Position numbers and translations under genes: made by a program. A DNA stretch of 34,673 nt from a virus (Duplodnaviria; Heunggongvirae; Uroviricota; Caudoviricetes). Below the pieces are notes generated by a model. The model did no database searches. It was not told where the DNA came from and saw nothing but the letters and a program-made list of their open reading frames with translations. Numbering within the stretch: position 1 is the stretch's first letter; every line of letters begins with the position of its first letter. Shown piece by piece: positions 30,893-34,673 of the stretch. The stretch is from the IMG/VR virus record IMGVR_UViG_2563366915_000001; one strand, 5' to 3'.

Positions 30893-33440
30893 ACCGGTAG
30901 GCGATCTGGTCGTTGATTTAAGTCTGGATGCGGCCAGATTTGACGAGCAGATGGCCAGAGTCAGGCGTCATTTTTCCGGTACGGAAAGTGATGCGAAAAA
31001 AACAGCGGCAGTCGTTGAACAGTCGATGAACCGGCAGGCGCTGGCTGCACAGAAAGCGGGAATTTCCGTCGGGCAGTATAAAGCCGCCATGCGTATGCTG
31101 CCTGCGCAGTTCACTGACGTGGCCACGCAGCTTGCAGGCGGGCAAAGTCCGTGGCTGATCCTGCTGCAACAGGGGGGGCAGGTGAAGGACTCCTTCGGCG
31201 GGATGATCCCCATGTTCCGGGGGCTTGCCGGTGCGATCACCCTGCCGATGGTGGGGGCCACCTCGCTGGCGGTGGCGACCGGAGCGCTGGCGTATGCCTG
31301 GTATCAGGGCAACTCAACCCTGTCCGATTTCAACAAAACGCTGGTCCTTTCCGGCAATCAGGCGGGACTGACGGCAGATCGTATGCTGGTCCTGTCCAGA
31401 GCCGGGCAGGCGGCAGGGCTGACGTTTAACCAGACCAGCGAGTCACTCAGCGCACTGGTTAAGGCGGGGGTAAGCGGTGAGGCTCAGATTGCGTCCATCA
31501 GCCAGAGTGTGGCGCGTTTCTCCTCTGCATCCGGCGTGGAGGTGGACAAGGTCGCTGAAGCCTTCGGGAAGCTGACCACAGACCCGACGTCGGGGCTGAC
31601 GGCGATGGCACGCCAGTTCCATAACGTGACGGCGGAGCAGATTGCGTATGTTGCTCAGTTGCAGCGTTCCGGCGATGAAGCCGGGGCATTGCAGGCGGCG
31701 AACGAGGCCGCAACGAAAGGGTTTGATGACCAGACCCGACGCCTGAAAGAGAACATGGGCACGCTGGAAACCTGGGCAGACAGGACAGCACGGGCATTCA
31801 AATCCATGTGGGATGCGGTGCTGGATATTGGTCGTCCTGATACCGCTCAGGAGATGCTGATTAAGGCAGAGGCTGCGTTTAAGAAAGCAGACGACATCTG
31901 GAATCTGCGCAAGGATGATTATTTTGTTAACGATGAAGCGCGGGCGCGTTACTGGGATGATCGTGAAAAGGCCCGTCTTGCGCTTGAAGCCGCCCGAAAG
32001 AAGGCTGAGCAGCAGAGTCAACAGGACAAAAATGCGCAGCAGCAGAGCGATACCGAAGCGTCACGGCTGAAATATACCGAAGAGGCGCAGAAGGCTTACG
32101 AACGGCTGCAGACGCCGCTGGAGAAATATACCGCCCGTCAGGAAGAACTGAACAAGGCACTGAAGGACGGGAAAATTCTGCAGGCAGATTACAACACGCT
32201 GATGGCGGCGGCGAAAAAGGACTATGAAGCGACGCTGAAAAAGCCGAAAGGCGTGAAGGTGTCTGCGGGCGATCGTCAGGAAGACAGTGCTCATGCTGCC
32301 CTGCTGACGCTTCAGGCAGAACTCCGGACGCTGGAGAAGCATGCCGGAGCGAATGAGAAAATCAGCCAGCAGCGCCGGGATTTGTGGAAGGCAGAAAGTC
32401 AGTTCGCGGTACTGGAGGAGGCGGCACAACGTCGCCAGCTGTCCGCACAGGAGAAATCCCTGCTGGCGCATAAAGACGAGACGCTGGAGTACAAACGCCA
32501 GCTGGCTGTACTTGGCGACAAGGTCACCTATCAGGAGCACCTGAACGCGCTGGCGCAGCAGGCGGATAAGTTCGCACAGCAACAACGGGCAAAACGGGCC
32601 GCCATTGATGCAAAAAAACGGGGGCTGACTGACCGGCAGGCAGCGCGGGAAGCCACGGAACAGCGCCTGAAGGAACAGTATGGCGATAATCCGCTGGCGC
32701 TGAATAACGTCATGTCAGAGCAGAAAAAGACCTGGGCGGCTGAAGACCAGCTTCGCGGGAGCTGGATGGCAGGCCTGAAGTCCGGCTGGAGTGAGTGGGA
32801 AGAGAGCGCCACGGACAGTATGTCGCAGGTTAAAAGTGCTGCCACGCAGACCTTTGATGGTATTGCACAGAATATGGCGGCGATGCTGACCGGCAGTGAG
32901 CAGAACTGGCGCAGCTTCACCCGTTCCGTGCTGTCCATGATGACAGAAATTCTGCTTAAGCAGGCAATGGTGGGGATTGTCGGGAGTATCGGCAGCGCCA
33001 TTGGCGGGGCTGTTGGTGGCGGCGCGTCCGCGTCAGGCGGTACAGCCATTCAGGCCGCTGCGGCGAAATTCCATTTTGCAACCGGAGGATTTACGGGAAC
33101 CGGCGGCAAATATGAGCCAGCGGGGATTGTTCACCGCGGTGAATTTGTCTTCACGAAGGAGGCAACCAGCCGGATTGGCGTGGGGAATCTCTACCGGCTG
33201 ATGCGCGGCTATGCCACCGGTGGTTATGTCGGTACACCGGGCAGCATGGCGGACAGCCGGTCGCAGGCGTCCGGGAAGTTTGAGCAGAATAACCATGTGG
33301 TGATTAACAACGACGGCACGAACGGTCAGATAGGGCCACAGGCGCTGAAGGCGGTTTATGACGTAGCCCGTAAGGCGGCAATGGATGTTGTGACCGGGCA
33401 GATGCGTGATGGTGGTCTGTTCTCCGGAGGTGGACGATGA
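30885..33440 (+). CDS. H: Tail tape-measure protein H (851 aa)
   Basis: Long alpha-helical Q/A/K/E-rich protein with glycine-rich C-terminal region; matches lambda gpH in position and sequence character. Confidence 0.95.
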   Translation: MAEPVGDLVVDLSLDAARFDEQMARVRRHFSGTESDAKKTAAVVEQSMNRQALAAQKAGISVGQYKAAMRMLPAQFTDVATQLAGGQSPWLILLQQGGQVKDSFGGMIPMFRGLAGAITLPMVGATSLAVATGALAYAWYQGNSTLSDFNKTLVLSGNQAGLTADRMLVLSRAGQAAGLTFNQTSESLSALVKAGVSGEAQIASISQSVARFSSASGVEVDKVAEAFGKLTTDPTSGLTAMARQFHNVTAEQIAYVAQLQRSGDEAGALQAANEAATKGFDDQTRRLKENMGTLETWADRTARAFKSMWDAVLDIGRPDTAQEMLIKAEAAFKKADDIWNLRKDDYFVNDEARARYWDDREKARLALEAARKKAEQQSQQDKNAQQQSDTEASRLKYTEEAQKAYERLQTPLEKYTARQEELNKALKDGKILQADYNTLMAAAKKDYEATLKKPKGVKVSAGDRQEDSAHAALLTLQAELRTLEKHAGANEKISQQRRDLWKAESQFAVLEEAAQRRQLSAQEKSLLAHKDETLEYKRQLAVLGDKVTYQEHLNALAQQADKFAQQQRAKRAAIDAKKRGLTDRQAAREATEQRLKEQYGDNPLALNNVMSEQKKTWAAEDQLRGSWMAGLKSGWSEWEESATDSMSQVKSAATQTFDGIAQNMAAMLTGSEQNWRSFTRSVLSMMTEILLKQAMVGIVGSIGSAIGGAVGGGASASGGTAIQAAAAKFHFATGGFTGTGGKYEPAGIVHRGEFVFTKEATSRIGVGNLYRLMRGYATGGYVGTPGSMADSRSQASGKFEQNNHVVINNDGTNGQIGPQALKAVYDVARKAAMDVVTGQMRDGGLFSGGGR

Positions 33441-33766
33441 AAACCTTCCGCTGGAAAGTGAAACCGGGTATGGATGTGGCTTCGACTCCTTCCGTCAGGG
33501 AGGTGCGCTTTGGTGATGGTTACTCCCAGCGCGCGCCTGCCGGGCTGAATGCCAACCTGAAAACGTACAGCGTGACGCTTTCTGTCCCCCGTTGGGAGGC
33601 CACGGCGCTGGAATCGTTTCTGGCAGAGCACGGAGGCTGGAAAGCCTTTCTGTGGACGCCGCCTTATGACTGGCGGCAGATAAAGGTGATCTGCGCAAAA
33701 TGGACGTCGCGGGTCAGTATGCTGCGTGTTGAGTTCAGCGCAGAGTTTAAACAGGTGGTGAACTGA
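33437..33766 (+). CDS. M: Tail tip protein M (109 aa)
   Basis: Translation MKTFRWKVKPGMDVASTPSVREVRFGDGYSQRAPAGLNANLKTYSVTLSVPRWEATALESFLAEHGGWKAF... matches lambda gpM. Confidence 0.9.
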   Translation: MKTFRWKVKPGMDVASTPSVREVRFGDGYSQRAPAGLNANLKTYSVTLSVPRWEATALESFLAEHGGWKAFLWTPPYDWRQIKVICAKWTSRVSMLRVEFSAEFKQVVN

Positions 33767-34464
33767 TGCAGGATATCCGGCAGGAAACACTGAATGAATG
33801 CACCCGTGCGGAGCAGTCGGCCAGCGTGGTGCTCTGGGAAATCGATCTGACAGAGGTCGGTGGTGAACGTTATTTTTTCTGTAATGAGCAGAACGAAAAA
33901 GGTGAGCCGGTTACCTGGCAGGGGCGGCAGTATCTGGCGTATCCCATTCAGGGGAGTGGTTTTGAACTGAATGGCAAAGGCACCAGTACGCGCCCCACGC
34001 TGGCAGTCTCTAACCTGTACGGTATGGTCACCGGGATGGCGGAAGATCTGCAGAGTCTGGTCGGCGGAACGGTGGTCAGGCGTAAGGTTTACGCCCGTTT
34101 TCTGGATGCGGTGAACTTCGTCAACGGAAACAGTGACGCCGATCCGGAGCAGGAGGTGATCAGCCGCTGGCGCATCGAGCAGTGCAGCGAACTGAGCGCG
34201 GTCAGTGCCTCCTTTGTGTTGTCCACACCAACGGAAACGGATGGTGCTGTTTTTCCGGGGCGCATCATGCTGGCCAACACCTGCACCTGGACCTATCGCG
34301 GTGATGAGTGCGGTTATAACGGTCCGGCTGTCGCGGATGAATATGACCAGCCGACGTCCGATATCACGAAGGATAAATGCAGCAAATGCCTGAGCGGCTG
34401 TAAGTTTCGCAATAACGTCGGCAACTTTGGCGGCTTCCTTTCCATTAACAAACTTTCGCAGTAA
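33766..34464 (+). CDS. L: Tail tip protein L (232 aa)
   Basis: Translation MQDIRQETLNECTRAEQSASVVLWEIDLTEVGGERYFFCNEQNEKGEPVTWQGRQYLAYPIQGSGFELNGKG... matches lambda gpL, including the C-terminal cysteine cluster. Confidence 0.9.
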   Translation: MQDIRQETLNECTRAEQSASVVLWEIDLTEVGGERYFFCNEQNEKGEPVTWQGRQYLAYPIQGSGFELNGKGTSTRPTLAVSNLYGMVTGMAEDLQSLVGGTVVRRKVYARFLDAVNFVNGNSDADPEQEVISRWRIEQCSELSAVSASFVLSTPTETDGAVFPGRIMLANTCTWTYRGDECGYNGPAVADEYDQPTSDITKDKCSKCLSGCKFRNNVGNFGGFLSINKLSQ

Positions 34465-34469
34465 ATCCC

Positions 34470-34673
34470 ATGACACAGACAGAATCAGCGATTCTGGCGC
34501 ACGCCCGGCGATGTGCGCCAGCGGAGTCGTGCGGCTTCGTGGTAAGCACGCCGGAGGGGGAAAGATATTTTCCCTGCGTGAATATCTCCGGTGAGCCGGA
34601 GGCGTATTTCCGTATGTCGCCGGAAGACTGGCTGCAGGCAGAAATGCAGGGTGAGATTGTGGCGCTGGTCCAC
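34470..34673 (+). CDS. K: Tail tip protein K, 5' partial (first 68 codons; truncated by the window end)
   Basis: Read manually: MTQTESAILAHARRCAPAESCGFVVSTPEGERYFPCVNISGEPEAYFRMSPEDWLQAEMQGEIVALVH matches the lambda gpK N-terminus; not in the ORF track because no stop is reached. Confidence 0.85.
   Translation, partial: MTQTESAILAHARRCAPAESCGFVVSTPEGERYFPCVNISGEPEAYFRMSPEDWLQAEMQGEIVALVH

Overview
This window is a nearly complete lambdoid prophage in integrated gene order. It starts at the 3' end of a DLP12/IntD-type tyrosine integrase (attL lies just outside the window) and ends inside tail gene K. In between are lambda-like recombination genes (exo, bet, gam), a cI/cro immunity region, replication genes (O with ori iterons, P, ren), a DLP12-type nin/Q block (ninB/ybcN, ninE, ybcO, rusA, ylcG, Q), an intact nmpC porin moron, a holin, an endolysin truncated by IS5, cos, and lambda-type head and tail genes Nu1 to K. 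No N, cII or cIII homologue and no Rz/Rz1 were found. Three AT-rich accessory insertions stand out. The strongest candidate for an undescribed system is a translationally coupled two-gene cassette in the slot lambda uses for rexA-rexB, directly downstream of cI on the same strand: a 157-aa pol-beta/MNT-fold nucleotidyltransferase plus an uncharacterised 310-aa partner. The second is a 500-aa membrane-anchored coiled-coil protein with a T5orf172 (GIY-YIG-like) C-terminal domain between ren and the nin region. The third is a Bro-N antirepressor plus a 169-aa unknown protein bracketed by ~90-bp direct repeats. All homology statements rest on reading the translations and on recalled lambda/DLP12 sequences; no database search was run.
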